64,000 bases of DNA from positions 24,800,001 to 24,864,000 of the forward strand of contig OZ024740.1 of the NCBI GenBank assembly GCA_964016885.1, given 5' to 3'. Every line of letters starts with the position of its first letter. The stretch's first letter is position 1. The notes beneath the pieces are model-generated. The model worked only from the letters and a program-made list of their open reading frames with translations, ran no database searches and was not told the DNA's origin. Below, in pieces: positions 1 through 13,585 of this stretch. The position numbers and the translations under genes are program-made. The DNA is from Eledone cirrhosa. Taxonomy: Eukaryota.

Positions 1-578
1 ATATCTGGAGTTATAATTTTTTTTTTTTTTCTTTTTAGTTTCAGAATGCAACTGATAGATAATTAAAGAGAGAGAGATAAAGAGGAGTAATTTATGCACA
101 AATATTCTTCAGACACATATAACATATATAGCCTTGGCAGTTAAATTTCAAAATATTTCATTTATGTTACTTTAGGGTAACGAATCAAAATTTTAGGTTT
201 TAAAAGTTGATGGTTATTTGTATTATAAATTTTATAAATTTTTAAAATGTGTTAAATTTCTAAAATTCTAAGTTTAATGAAAACAACTTTAAAGGATTTA
301 CTAGGCCCGCGAAAGAAAAATATATACTGTTCAATATTCTCGCATAGGTAATCTTTAACAATATTACTTGTAACAGTGTCAACATTTTCCATATGTATAG
401 TTTATGAAGTATTTACAGCTATAATTATCAAGGAATTTATTGTTAAATAGTTATAGTGTTTAGGTTATGACAATTAAACCAGGGTTTTCAGCTGTATATA
501 TATATATATATATGTGCTTTGATCGTAATAAGGGGACTATAAATTATTTTTTTTTAAATTATTTGTTCTCATATTATA

Positions 579-1271
579 GTCACCCTCTTCACCAAGAAAC
601 CTTGGTGGGGTTGCCAGTTTAGTCGCCAACGACTCGACCATGAGACAGGTTGTACTGGGATACATGTTACCACCAGTTGGTGCTACTAGTAACATGTACC
701 CCAGTACAACCTGTCTCATGGTCGAGTCGTTGGCGACTAAACTGGCAACCCCACCAAGGTTTCTTGGTGAAGAGGGTGACTTTGGACATCCTGCAGGACT
801 AAAAACAAAAGCTGCCAAAGGGCAACGGAGCTCTTAAGAGTCAATGGCCATCCAAAATCACCGGGAGAGATGACCCCTTAGCCTTTGTCAAGGCAGAATT
901 CTAGGAGAAGGAAAACTCTGATATAACATCTGCAACCCTGATGGTATCCAATGATGTTGACTTGTTCTTCTTTTTGGTAAATATCATCTTGGTTAAGAGA
1001 GTGGGACTGGCTTTGTGCAGTGCCTTTGCTCACTATAAAAGCTTCACGGCACAGGCATTGCTTTATATCTGGAGATCTCTCTGCACTTGTCGTCACATGG
1101 TACCATGGGCCCAGCACTATGTGTCAGTAATTGTCACAAGTGTAGTGTTTGTACCAGAGTTTATAAGTTGGTGGCTGGACTGAAAAGTCACACTCATTCA
1201 GCGCATCGGTGGGGGTTCTTCTACATGGATATAAAGTAGTGGCCGTACTCGAAAACGAGTTGGCAGCCACC
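579..1271 (+). mobile_element. Non-autonomous bipartite RTE-like retroposon (5' UTR-like part plus 3' end), with a 5' fold-back and a ~69-bp target-site duplication (TSD)
   Basis: Direct repeats at 510-578 and 1272-1339; the other PLE arm (~3432-3500) has the empty site with one copy. Contains the RTE 5'UTR-like motif ctaggagaaggaaaactctg and a terminal C2H2-like remnant HKCSVCTRVYKLVAGLKSHTHSAH (~1135-1206). Confidence 0.7.
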
Positions 1272-1916
1272 ATATGTGCTTTGATCGTAATAAGGGGACT
1301 ATAAATTATTTTTTTTTAAATTATTTTTCTCATATTATATTAAATCACTACATTAGTTCAGCCCTCTAGGGAAGAACCGAACTCTAATTATGATTATGTT
1401 AATATACAATATAAATATATTTTCACAAGCTATATATAGAGTTATACCGAACTAAAATTATGATTGTGTTATTACACATTATAAACATATTTGCACAAAA
1501 ACTATATACAGAGATATACCGAACTACAATTAAGATTATGTTATTATACAATATAAACATATTTGGGCCAACTACGTATAGAGAGATGTATTAAGTATTA
1601 GTGAGACTGTATACATTTAGTAAAGGATAACGATTATAATGTTAGATAATAGATTCATACATGCATAACTATAAAATACATAGATATATATAAAAATGTA
1701 AACGCATGAATGATCCACAGTTCAAAATAAGGTCCGTAAAAGTTTACAGGTTAGAAATCAAAACTATATTTAAAACGTAGATAGAAAAATGGAGGTCTGG
1801 ATCAAAGTTAATAATATCCCAAAAGCCATAGGTTATGTATATCATACTGCCAACATGTTCATAAGCAAGTGTCATTCATTCAAACGTTATTTCATTTATA
1901 ATGATTAGAAGATAAA

Positions 1917-2760
1917 TCAATATTTGATGAAAATGCAGGATACTACAACGAAGCGCTAAAAAGAACAGGTTACGAGAATAATATAGAATATGTAGATAAT
2001 AATAATCCAAGTTTTAATCCTGATAAAATTAATGGCATATATAAACGAAATTCTAATAATTATAATTCAAACACCTATACGGTGAACAAATCGATGAAAA
2101 GAACCAGAACTAAATCAGTTATATGGTCCCCCCCCCCCTGCTTCCGTAGCAGTAAGAACACCAATAGCAAACCTATTCTTTAAAGCTTTGGACAGCTCTT
2201 TCCCTAGCCAACATAAATACCATTCCATTTTTAATAGACATACTATTAAATTCTATTATTCGACAACTATGAATATGGCCCAAACCATTGCTAAAATAAA
2301 CAGTAAAATTCTAAAGCAGAATCCGCAAATCAAAATGTAATTGTAGAAATAAACCAGATCGCTCTCTGCAAAATAATTGTTTGGACAGTAATTTGGTGTA
2401 TGAATACGCCGTAAAAACTGATTACAACACATACACCTACATAGGATCGACTTCTACATTTAAAGCTAGATTTGCGAATCATAAATGCTCATTTTCGAAT
2501 TCTAATAGGAAATCATCGACTTCTTATCAAAGCTTATATGGTCATTAAAAGACAAAAATGTAAAATACTCTATCTTTTGGACGAAACTTTGTAATAGTGG
2601 AGTTTATTACTACTCAAGTATATCAAGTAACTGCCCACTTTGTACAATGGTGACCCTATTTATAATTAATAATTATGAAAACTTAATTAACAAAAAAAAA
2701 TGAATTATTCTCGAACTGCCTTCATAAAGCTTTGTCTACATTCCAAGCCTCGCATAAGGT
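1917..2760 (+). pseudogene. PLE RT-thumb/linker plus GIY-YIG endonuclease remnant (possibly Naiad-like)
   Basis: Manual translation across frameshifts: SIFDENAGYYNEALKRTGY...IW.PP...HKYHSIFNRHTIKFYYS...CNCRNK...NLVYEY...YIGSTSTFKARFANHKCSF...IWSLK...CPLC. Confidence 0.8.
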
Positions 2761-4229
2761 CAGGAAATAACAGTAAGCACACAACCTGGCTTCTAGACGT
2801 ACATCATCAATTGTTGAAAATATAAATCATAATGGCTTATACAACTTTAATAATGCTTTATCTTCTAATCATTATAATGGAAATAACGTCTGAATGAATG
2901 ACACTTGCAAATGAACATGTTGGCAGTATGATATACATAACCTATGGCTTTTTGGATATTATTAACTTTGATCCAGACCTTCATTTTTCTATCTCCGTTT
3001 GAAATATAGTTTTGATTTCTAACCTGTAAACTTATACGGACCTTATTTTGAACTGTGGATCATTCATGCGTTTACATTTTTATATATATCTATGTATTTT
3101 ATAGTTATGCATGTATGAATCTATTATCTAACATTATAATTGTTATCCTTTACTAAATGTATACAGTCTCACTAATACTTATTACATCACTCTACACGTA
3201 GTTGGTCCAAATATGTTTATATTGTATAATAACATAATCATAATTGTAGTTCGGTATATCTCTGTATATAGTTTTTGTGCAAATATGTTTATAATGTGTA
3301 ATAACACAATCATAATTTTAGTTCGGTATAACTCTATATATAGCTTGTGAAAATATATTTATATTGTATATTAACATAATCATAATTAGAGTTCGGTTCT
3401 TCCCTAGAAGGCTGAACTAATGTAGTGATCTAATATAATATAAGAACAAATAATAAAACATAATAATTTATACTCCCCTTATTACGATCAAAGCACATAT
3501 ATATATATATATTTACAGCTGAAAACCCTGGTTTAATTGTCATACCTTAAACACTATAACTATTTAAAAATAAATTCCTTGATAATTATAACTGTAAATA
3601 CTTCATAAACTATACATATGGAAAATGTTGACACTGTTACACGTAATATTGTTAAAGATTACCTATGCGTGAATATTGAACAGTATATATTTTTCTTTCG
3701 CGGGCCTAGTAAATCCTTTAAAGTTGTTTTCATTGAACTTAGAATTTTAGAAATTTAACACATTTTAAAAATTTATAAAATTTATAATAAAATAACCATC
3801 AACTTTTAAAACCTAAACTTTTGATTCGTTACCCTAAAGTAACATAAATGAAATATTTTGAAATTTAACTGCCAAGGCTATATATGTTTATATGTGTCTG
3901 AAGAATATTTGTGCATTAATTACTCCCCTTTATCTCTCTCTCTTTAATTATCTATCAGTTGCATTCTGAAACTAAAAAGAAAAAAAAAAAAAATTATAAC
4001 TCCAGATATCTTTAATCTTCCTCTATAGTCCTACAGTAGTATTTCAAACTTTAAAACTCTATAACTGTTAAATTAAAGCAATTTTTTTCTTACTCAGACC
4101 CTCTCTATTGATTCTATTACGTTTTCGCATGTTCTCATGTGTAGGGTATAAAGATCGAGTTTTGTCATAAGTTAATCACTACCTTGATTAAATCTTAACC
4201 ATCGAACATGTGAGGGTATGTCATGTATC

Positions 4230-4300
4230 ATTTTATTTAATCTGATGAGGACGTACTGTCGAACTTGATTCAAGTACCTCTGAAATATGTATAATAAAAT
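4230..4300 (+). ncRNA. Minimal type I hammerhead-like motif (decayed) at the PLE 3' terminus
   Basis: CTGATGA at 4242, GAAA-TATG-TA at 4282, flanked by ATTTTATT/AATAAAAT; homologous to 55388-55449. Confidence 0.5.
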
Positions 4301-4389
4301 TTAATTGATCACAAGAACATCTATCTTGTTAATATTTGAATTTAATATATATATATATATATATATATAAGGTAAGTTATTCCGGGTTG

Positions 4390-4536
4390 ATATATAAATG
4401 AAGAATTAGAAATAGAAGCCAGGACTATCCGTCATCAGTGATCTACTAGCCATCAAGAAATACCTATGATGGTTAGTAGACCACTGATGACGGATAGTCC
4501 TGGCTGCTATTTCTAGTTCTTCAGTTTTATATATAT
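4390..4536. repeat. Fold-back of ~65-bp arms, probably paired PLE termini
   Basis: tgaagaattagaaatagaagccaggactatccgtcatcagtg...cactgatgacggatagtcctggctgctatttctagttcttca; has CTGATGA but no GAAA. Confidence 0.75.
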
Positions 4537-5218
4537 CCTTTATGCAACAACACAGCTCGCCATTTTCCATTCATATATATATATAATATATATATATATA
4601 TATAAACACAAATAGAGAAAATAATGTAAGTAAAAAGCCGACAATAATTCAGACATATAAGTGACTATAACATCAAGATGAAAAATATTTAACTTAAGAT
4701 ATGTGATAAATAATTCAATATTAATTCAAAACAAGTCAAGAAGAAAAATTTCATCCTCAGACTTTGTGTAAGCTGGGGAAAAAAATCAATAGAATCTTAA
4801 CTCAAAATAAAATCAAGAAAGGATACTTAACCGTCAATTTGGGATAATCTACAAATGCACTATATAGTCTTAAAAGACTATTTCACGAAACTTTTCAGTG
4901 GGGTTAGTCACGGTTGGGATAGTTCATCAGTAGTGCTCAAGATGTTAACTAAAAGACACTGCTAAAATATGTCAGAGGGGAATTTAAAAGAAGGCAAGTC
5001 AAACATCGTGTTGCATTGAAATAACAAAACACACGTGGAAACTGGCTAGAGATGCCGGGATCAGACGAAAGTCTGTTTACAAGAAACAGCAGTCAAAACA
5101 TTCCGAAAAAACTCAACAAAAGATATGGAGTTCAGCATAAAGAGATATCGCAGTTTTTTTTTTTAAACTGGCATTTGTCACAAATAATAGTAAGCACCCA
5201 AGGAAACTTCCGAGTTTA

Positions 5219-5254
<36 letters not shown>

Positions 5255-5382
5255 ATTTTTAAATACAGATAGATATAGATATACCAAATTTAATAGAGAA
5301 GTAATTTCTACAATGGACTTGTATACACTCTAGTTATGAATTGAGTACCTTTCTGCGCTTACCCCGGATTGAACCCGGGACT

Positions 5383-5504
5383 CACACACACATACACACA
5401 CAAGCACACACGCACAGTCACACATACACATATATGTATATATGTATATATATATATATATATATACATATATATATACACACACACACACATACACACA
5501 CACA

Positions 5505-5554
<50 letters not shown>

Positions 5555-5669
5555 AACAAATAGTAGAAAGGAAAAAGATTTTTCCTGTAGAAAATGTTGA
5601 AGAGATATTTTTAGTGAAATTTGAAAGCAATTTTGTCAGTCCATCTTTCTCTGCTAATGGCTTTGTTGT

Positions 5670-5754
<85 letters not shown>
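5383..5754. repeat. (CA)n/(TA)n microsatellites
   Basis: Direct inspection; the overlapping ORFs are artefacts. Confidence 0.95.
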
Positions 5755-5755
<1 letters not shown>

Positions 5756-6030
5756 CTTTGAAAGAGAAAGAAGGCTTAACAATGCCAATTGGACTGTAAG
5801 ATGAGGTAACGAAAAGTAAGTTACCTGGTAATCTTTGTTTTGTTTGCTTTTTTGTTTCATCTTTTTTCTGTCCAATATTTCGGGATCTAAACGTCCCTTC
5901 CTTAGTGTTTAAGGAACTTTCAGTGGATAATGTTCCAATTTCCTATCTTTGGGATTTTTTCTAATTTTTTCTAAGTCGTGTTCAAGCGTTTTTATATGGT
6001 TACTAGTAGAAAAACCACGGGGTTTTTTTT

Positions 6031-6507
6031 CGGGTGGTTTTCTGCTAGCATGTGTAGCCAACATATTGATATTATACATGTAGATATGATATGTCAAATA
6101 AAATTGTAATTGATAATATCCACAGAAATTGAAGAGAATCTGTGTTACACTGTCTTATGTAATCAGTAACGTAATCTATGCTACATTAAAAAAAGACGAT
6201 ATCCTATATAAACTGCATTAGGAGAAAATTAGCGACGGAAACATATGCGATATTTTTATAAGTGTTTTAATATAACGGGTGGTAATCGGAAGTGTTGACA
6301 TTTGAAGATTTTAAAGAAGTGAATCTTTAAATAAGCAATAAATTATTTATATTTAATCGAGAGTTACGAAATTTAGTACATAAATTATGTAATATTCATT
6401 CATTATTTATTCAAAGTAATCCAATTTATTTTTCAAACGGGATAACAAAATATATTCTGGACGCAGTCCCGCACTCCTTACTTTATTATAGTTTAGATTA
6501 CGCTTTT
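6031..6507. repeat. Interspersed ~470-bp repeat, copy 1 (unclassified)
   Basis: Same-orientation homolog at 13128-13585 (shared ggttttctgctagcatgtgtag and acgcagtcccgcactccttactt). Confidence 0.85.
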
Positions 6508-6634
6508 CAAGAGAAAGAGGTTAATTGCCGATATAGTATTTCGCGAAATCAAGTTTCTTGTTTGTATGAGATGTTTCGTTTGTGTGCCTGTGGGTGTGTC
6601 TTTTTATGTTAAGTACTGTGTTTTCAGTTCTAAT

Positions 6635-6880
6635 CTATTATCTATTTGCAGGTTGAGTCGACGTATGAGCAAGGCTTCCTTAATTCTTAAATTGCCCACA
6701 TTTCTGTGACTGGTTTAATAATTACAGTAATATGTTTGTTGATGTTTCTACGTGTATCTATGTGTTTTTTTGAATGAGGATGTGTCTGCTGAGGTGTTCT
6801 TTAATGCGAGTGTGGAGTGCTCGAGATGTGATGCCAATGTAGAACTCCTTACATTTGTTGCATTCAATCCGTTATACCAC
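6635..6880 (-). pseudogene. PLE GIY-YIG endonuclease remnant
   Basis: Minus-strand translation VV*RIECNKCKEFYIGITSRALHTRIKEHL...LRIKEALLIRRLN. Confidence 0.8.
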
Positions 6881-6998
6881 GTGTCTGCTGGTATGCCACA
6901 TGTATCCGCTGGTATACCACATGTGTCCGCTGGTATACCACATGTGTCTGCTGGTACACCACATGTGTCCGCTGGTATACCACATGTGTCCGCTGGTA
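6874..6998. repeat. 21-bp minisatellite (about 6 units) expanded inside the PLE remnant
   Basis: Unit ataccacatgtgtccgctggt x5 plus one 19-bp variant. Confidence 0.95.
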
Positions 6999-7302
6999 CA
7001 TACCTGTATCGTGGATTGGGCAGTTAGTCAGCGAACAGTGATTGTTGTTGTCGATTGCGTTTTGCTCAGATAGATATCCACGCAGTGAAGGGCCGGGTGT
7101 ACTAGCTGTATATTCAGTCCTTATTTGCGGATAGTCGATTCACTGTGGATGTTGGTTTATATATATATATATTACTATATATGTATATACATATATATAT
7201 ATATGTATACCATACAATTCTCCCACACACATACACATATATATCAAATATATAAAGAGCGTCCACAACAGAAACATCACATTTGTATCCTACAGTTGGC
7301 AA

Positions 7303-7364
<62 letters not shown>

Positions 7365-7365
7365 A

Positions 7366-7414
<49 letters not shown>
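7303..7414. repeat. (CTA)n abutting its reverse complement (TAG)n
   Basis: Direct inspection. Confidence 0.95.
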
Positions 7415-7416
<2 letters not shown>

Positions 7417-7708
7417 ATCTGCACTAAAATTCGACACACAATTTAAGTATCATTATAAAAACAATGGGATAAAACAATTTGTACTTTTATTTACTCTTTA
7501 CTTGATAGTCATGTTTGGAGTACATTTGAGCATAAATCTTTTGGATTAGGATGGATTGACCTTGTGATATACAACACCAAAAATATTCAACATTATTCAC
7601 TAAATTTTTCATACTATTATCTTCATACTTGTTGTTTTGCTAACGTCTACTCCGGCATTATGTTGGTAATTCTCATATCGTGTAATATACTCGGAATTTA
7701 GAGTTATA

Positions 7709-8232
7709 CGAGGGGTGCTTCCAAAAGTTCGTGTAAAAATGGCTGTTGGAAAAAACGGTTAGATTTATGACGTTTATTTTTCATCTAGGTCTATACACTT
7801 CAGCAAGCGTTGATACGAGCTTTTAAGTCCATTTGTGTGAATCTGAGGGTCATGTGATTTAAACCATGTCAAAACAACTTGTTTTACATCTTCAGCCTCA
7901 TCTCGTCCACTTATCCATTTGCAGGTTGTGGATTTCTTTTGGGATATTCTCCCCCATAAACCTGCCACAGTGCGTCAATAATTTGGCTGCTCTTCCATCC
8001 TAGCTTCACCATGTATTTGATGTTTATCCTGGCCTCAATTTTGATGGATGCAATATTGCTCGAGTGGGTGCTGACTTCCAGCTGGTGGTACCACGTTTCA
8101 ACATCCATTTAAGGGTTCATGTTAGAACATGTTATAGCACGTTAGTACTAGAACATGCAGATACATAGATATCCATGATATATAGGATTTTCAGCTATCT
8201 ACTGTTTCCACGAACTTTTTGAAGGCCCTTAA
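7709..8232 (-). mobile_element. Internally deleted mariner, Hsmar2/irritans-like
   Basis: TA-flanked TIRs cgaggggtgcttccaaaagttcgtg / cacgaactttttgaaggcccttaa. Transposase N-terminus KIEARINIKYMVKLGWKSSQIIDAL is joined to the C-terminus VLTWFKSHDPQ...YQRLLKCIDLD. Confidence 0.85.
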
Positions 8233-8894
8233 TATACATGCATGTCGCTTCTGCACTTGATGAAAATATCAGTCATGTTAAAAGTGATGATATTATCCTG
8301 GAAAATATACTTATAATATTAAAATAGAAGAAGAAATATATTGCTTCTTTTTTTTGTAGCTTTTTTTGTAGCTTTTTTTGTAGCTTCACTAGAAATCAGT
8401 TAAGTTGAAAATGGAACCGTAATTTCGTTCCAGTTTAGTATAAATTATTTTAATTTACATATATATATATAACGTGTTATATATTTTCATATATATTTAT
8501 TTGATTTAATCATTCTTTCTAATTTCAAAATTACTATGTAGTACATTATCTTATATATGAACAACGGAATTTGAAACAAAAATTAAAATAATGAACATTC
8601 GTATTTAACAATACCTGGTGTTAGACACAGTGGGAGCTATCCATCCCAATATGTGTAAAACATTCTTTTACAGGTTCACATAGACAAAAATAACACAGTT
8701 ACACACACAGGTAGACAGTCACACACACACACACACTCACACATATATATATAATTAATAAAAGAAGGAAACAAAACACAAGGATGCCAAATTACAGTTA
8801 TATTAGGTTCATAAGAGTGTGAGGGCAAATATGTATGTGTGCGTGTGTGTCTCTAGATTTGGTTATGTATTATATTAAATTATATATACATACA

Positions 8895-8895
<1 letters not shown>

Positions 8896-8958
<63 letters not shown>

Positions 8959-8960
8959 TA

Positions 8961-8993
<33 letters not shown>

Positions 8994-9007
8994 AAACACA
9001 CACACAC

Positions 9008-9083
<76 letters not shown>

Positions 9084-9098
9084 TAGACATAGAGATAT

Positions 9099-9134
<36 letters not shown>

Positions 9135-9189
9135 GTATATACATATATATATTTATATATATATATATATATACAATATATAAATATAC

Positions 9190-9266
<77 letters not shown>

Positions 9267-9682
9267 TTTGTGTGCATATGTGTGTGTGTCTGTATATATA
9301 TATAAATACATACATACTGACACTCATATACATATAGATCATATAAACATGACAAATATAACGTGTGCTTCCTGGTGTGATTCATTAAGCTTTCATTATA
9401 TTTGATCAAGATGCATCTATTCAGTTTTCTCTTCTATATAATTAAATGTTTTCACATCATTCTAAGACATCATGCATCGAACACAAACATTCATTATTTC
9501 ATACAAACACAGGACTTGCAGAAAATGAAGAGACCATGACAGACTTAGTACAATGAAGCTGTTTCGTACTAAGTTCTAAATTGTAAAGATGATGGCTAGC
9601 GGGAGTTGCAATTCTTAAGCTAACATACAAATATTTTACTACATATATATACGGACATATATGTTATATCGATATACTTCGC

Positions 9683-9755
<73 letters not shown>

Positions 9756-9996
9756 TATATATGTGTGTGTGTGTGGATGTATGTATGTATGTATGTATGT
9801 ATGTATGTATGTATATATATATGTATCAACAAATATGTGTGTGAAAACCTCAACACACACATATTAGTAGACAGAGAAACACTCTCACAACCGCAAACGC
9901 ACACAAATACGGGTATGTTTGTGTGTATATATATATATATTAGTATATATCCCAGCACACTCACTACATGCATAAACATATATACAAATATATTTA

Positions 9997-10058
<62 letters not shown>

Positions 10059-10109
10059 TGTGTGTGTGATTGAGTATGTATATATATATATATGTGTGTG
10101 TGTGTGTTT

Positions 10110-10147
<38 letters not shown>

Positions 10148-10207
10148 GTGTGTGTGTGCGTGTGTGTGTGATTGAGTATGTATATATATATATATATATA
10201 TATACAC
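8896..10207. repeat. Clusters of (CT)n, (TA)n, (GA)n, (TG)n and (TATG)n microsatellites
   Basis: Direct inspection. Confidence 0.9.
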
Positions 10208-10329
10208 ATGAGTTTACAGTTTACTATGTGTGTATGTCTCTAGCCCGGCTGATGTCAACATGAAACTATTTTTTCAAAACAAACCAACATAATTATTCTC
10301 CTTAGTTCTCACTCACCTATTGCCATTCT

Positions 10330-10983
10330 CATCACCATCACCATCATAATCACCATCATAATCACCATCATCACCATCACCATCACCATCATAATCACCA
10401 TCACCACCATCACCATCTTAATCACCATCATCACCATCATCATCATCATCATCATCAACACCACCACCATCATCATCATCAACATCACCATCACCATCAT
10501 AATCACCATCATCACCATCACCATCATCTTCACCATCACCATAATCACATCATCCCCATCATCACCATCATCACAATCACCACCATTATCATCACCATCA
10601 CCATCATCATCACCATCATCATCACCATCATCATGATCACCATCACCATCACCACCATCACAATCACCATGTCATCATCACAATCACCATCATCATCATC
10701 GTCAACATCAGCATCATCACAATCACCAGCACCATCACCATCATCACAATCACCATCACCATCACCATCATCACCATCACCATCACCATCACCATCATCA
10801 CAATCATCATCATCACCATCACCATCACCATCATCACAATCATCATCATCACCATCACAATCATCATCATCACCATCACCATCACCACCATCATCACCAT
10901 CATCACAATCATCATCATCACCATCACAATCATCATCACCATCATCACCATCATCACCATCATCATCACCATCACCATCATCG
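10330..10983. repeat. Degenerate (CAT/CAC)n trinucleotide array
   Basis: Direct inspection. Confidence 0.95.
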
Positions 10984-11055
10984 TAAAAAAAAACATCATT
11001 GACATCACTGATGTCAAGATAATTACACGTGTTAGCAATGCAATTTTCAAGCAGA

Positions 11056-12395
11056 AACACCCACACACATGTACACACACATGTACACACACACATGTAC
11101 ACACACATGTACCCACACACATGTACCCACACACATGCACACACATGTACACACACATGTACACACACATGTACACACACATGTACACACGCATGTACAC
11201 ACACATGTACCCATACACATGTACCCACACACATGTACACACACATGTACACACACATGTACACACACATGTACACACACATGTACCCCCACACATGTAC
11301 CCACACACATGTACACACACATGTACACACACATGTACACACACATGTACCCACACATGTACACACACACATGTACACACACATGTACACACACATGTAC
11401 ACACACATGTACACACACACATGTACACACACATGTACCCACACATGTACCCACACATGTACCCACACATGTACACACACATGTACACACACATGTACAC
11501 ACACATGTACACACACATGTACCCACACACATGTACCCACGCACATGTACACACACATGTACCCACACATGTACACACACATGTACACACACATGTACCC
11601 ACACACATGTACCCACACACATGTACACACACATGTACACACACATGTACACACAACACATGTACACACACATGTACACACACATGTACACACACATGTA
11701 CACACACATGTACACACACATGTACCCACACACATGTACACACACATGTACACACACATGTACCCACACACATGTACCCACACACATGTACCCACACATG
11801 TACACACACATGTACACACAACACATGTACACACACATGTACACACACATGTACACACACATGTACCCACACACATGTACACACACATGTACACACACAT
11901 GTACACACACACATATACACACACATGTACACACACATGTACACACACATGTACACACAACACATGTACACACACATGTACACACACATGTACACACACA
12001 TGTACACACACATGTACACACACATGTACACACAACACATATACACACACATGTACACATACATTTACACACACATGTACACACACACATGTACACACAC
12101 ATGTACACACACATGTACACACAACACATGTACACACACATGTACACATACATTTACACACACATGTACACACACACATGTACACACACATGCAAACGCA
12201 TATCCACTTATATGTTTACATATTCACATATAACCGCACAAACATGTACAACATATACACTTATCTCTGTACACATACACACACATGTACACACACACAT
12301 GTACACATACATGTACACACACTCACATGTATACACTACACATGTACAAACATATACACTTATCTCTGTACACATACACACATAAACACACATCG
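11056..12395. repeat. Minisatellite of ~10-12-bp units (ACACACATGT)n
   Basis: Roughly 100 units, decaying at the 3' end. Confidence 0.95.
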
Positions 12396-12485
12396 TGATA
12401 AATGAAGAGTTGTTGTTGTAGCGAGGGAGGGTAATTGTTATTAATTAATATTAGTTGAGGTTATCAATAAGTAGCGATAGATATA

Positions 12486-12492
12486 TTACTGT

Positions 12493-12556
<64 letters not shown>

Positions 12557-12710
12557 GCTGCTCCTGCTGCTGCTGCTAGTACTACTACTACTACTACTAC
12601 TACTTCTACTACTACTGCTGCTATTACTACTACTACTCACCCCTCCTCCTCCTCCTCCTCCTCCTACTACTACTACTACTACTACAACTACTACTACTAC
12701 TACTACTACA

Positions 12711-12786
<76 letters not shown>

Positions 12787-12800
12787 GTAGTAGTACTACA
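12486..12800. repeat. Compound (CTA)n/(CTG)n/(CCT)n microsatellite
   Basis: Direct inspection. Confidence 0.95.
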
Positions 12801-13127
12801 GTCGATTCATCAGTAATCACACATTTTCTGTGGTTACTTCTCAATCCCCACTCGAAGGCACTGAATATCTTCCACCCCATCCCACCCCACTCTAGCTTCC
12901 TTTTCTCAAAAATACAGAGCGATGTTGGTTTCCTCCGTCATGTTTCCTCGCTTGATTTCTCGAGGCAGAAGAGAATATATTCTGTGTCATATCACTCTAT
13001 TATTTCCTTCTTGGAACTGACCCACATTCAGCACGGCCATTTGCTTCCCAACGTTAGTTTGGGTGTATTTGTTTCTTTTGCTATACATTTTTATAAATAT
13101 ATTTCTATTCATCATTAAACCACCCTT

Positions 13128-13585
13128 CGGTTGGTTTTCTGCTAGCATGTGTAGTGTGCATATTGATATTATATGCAAGTATATATGCATGTAGATAATG
13201 AAATAGTAATTGACAATATACACAGAAATTAAACGAAGACTGTGTTACACTGTCTTATGTAATCAGTAACGTAATCCAGGATGCATTAAAAAAAGACGAT
13301 ATTATATATAAACTGCATTAGGAGAAAATTAGTGACGGAAATATATGAATGTTTATTTACGCGATCGTTAACCGGAAGTATTGGCATTTGAAAATGTTAA
13401 AGAAGTGAATCTTTAAATAAGGAATAAAATATATTTAATCAACAGCTACGAAATTTAGTAGATAAATTATGTAATATTCATTCATTATTTATTCAAAGTA
13501 TTCCAACTTATTTTACTAACTGGATTAAAAGAAATATACATTACGCAGTCCCGCACTCCTTACTTTGTTATAGTTTAGATTGCAT
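13128..13585. repeat. Interspersed ~460-bp repeat, copy 2
   Basis: Homologous to 6031-6507. Confidence 0.85.

Larger units (their letters stand above)
1..4345 (+). mobile_element. Decayed 5'-truncated Penelope-like element with long inverted arms (left arm 1-1916, running off the window; right arm 2857-4009, continuing to ~4345)
   Basis: 1-578 plus 1340-1916 is the near-identical reverse complement of 2857-4009. The spacer encodes a GIY-YIG remnant. An HHR-like motif and (TA)n lie at the right end. Confidence 0.85.

Noticed and set aside
537-837. Mirror ORFs on both strands
   Set aside because: A by-product of the 578-781 palindrome.
10309-12405. Long ORFs (up to 548 aa) rich in H/T/C/V/M
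   Set aside because: Translations of simple repeats, open in many frames on both strands.
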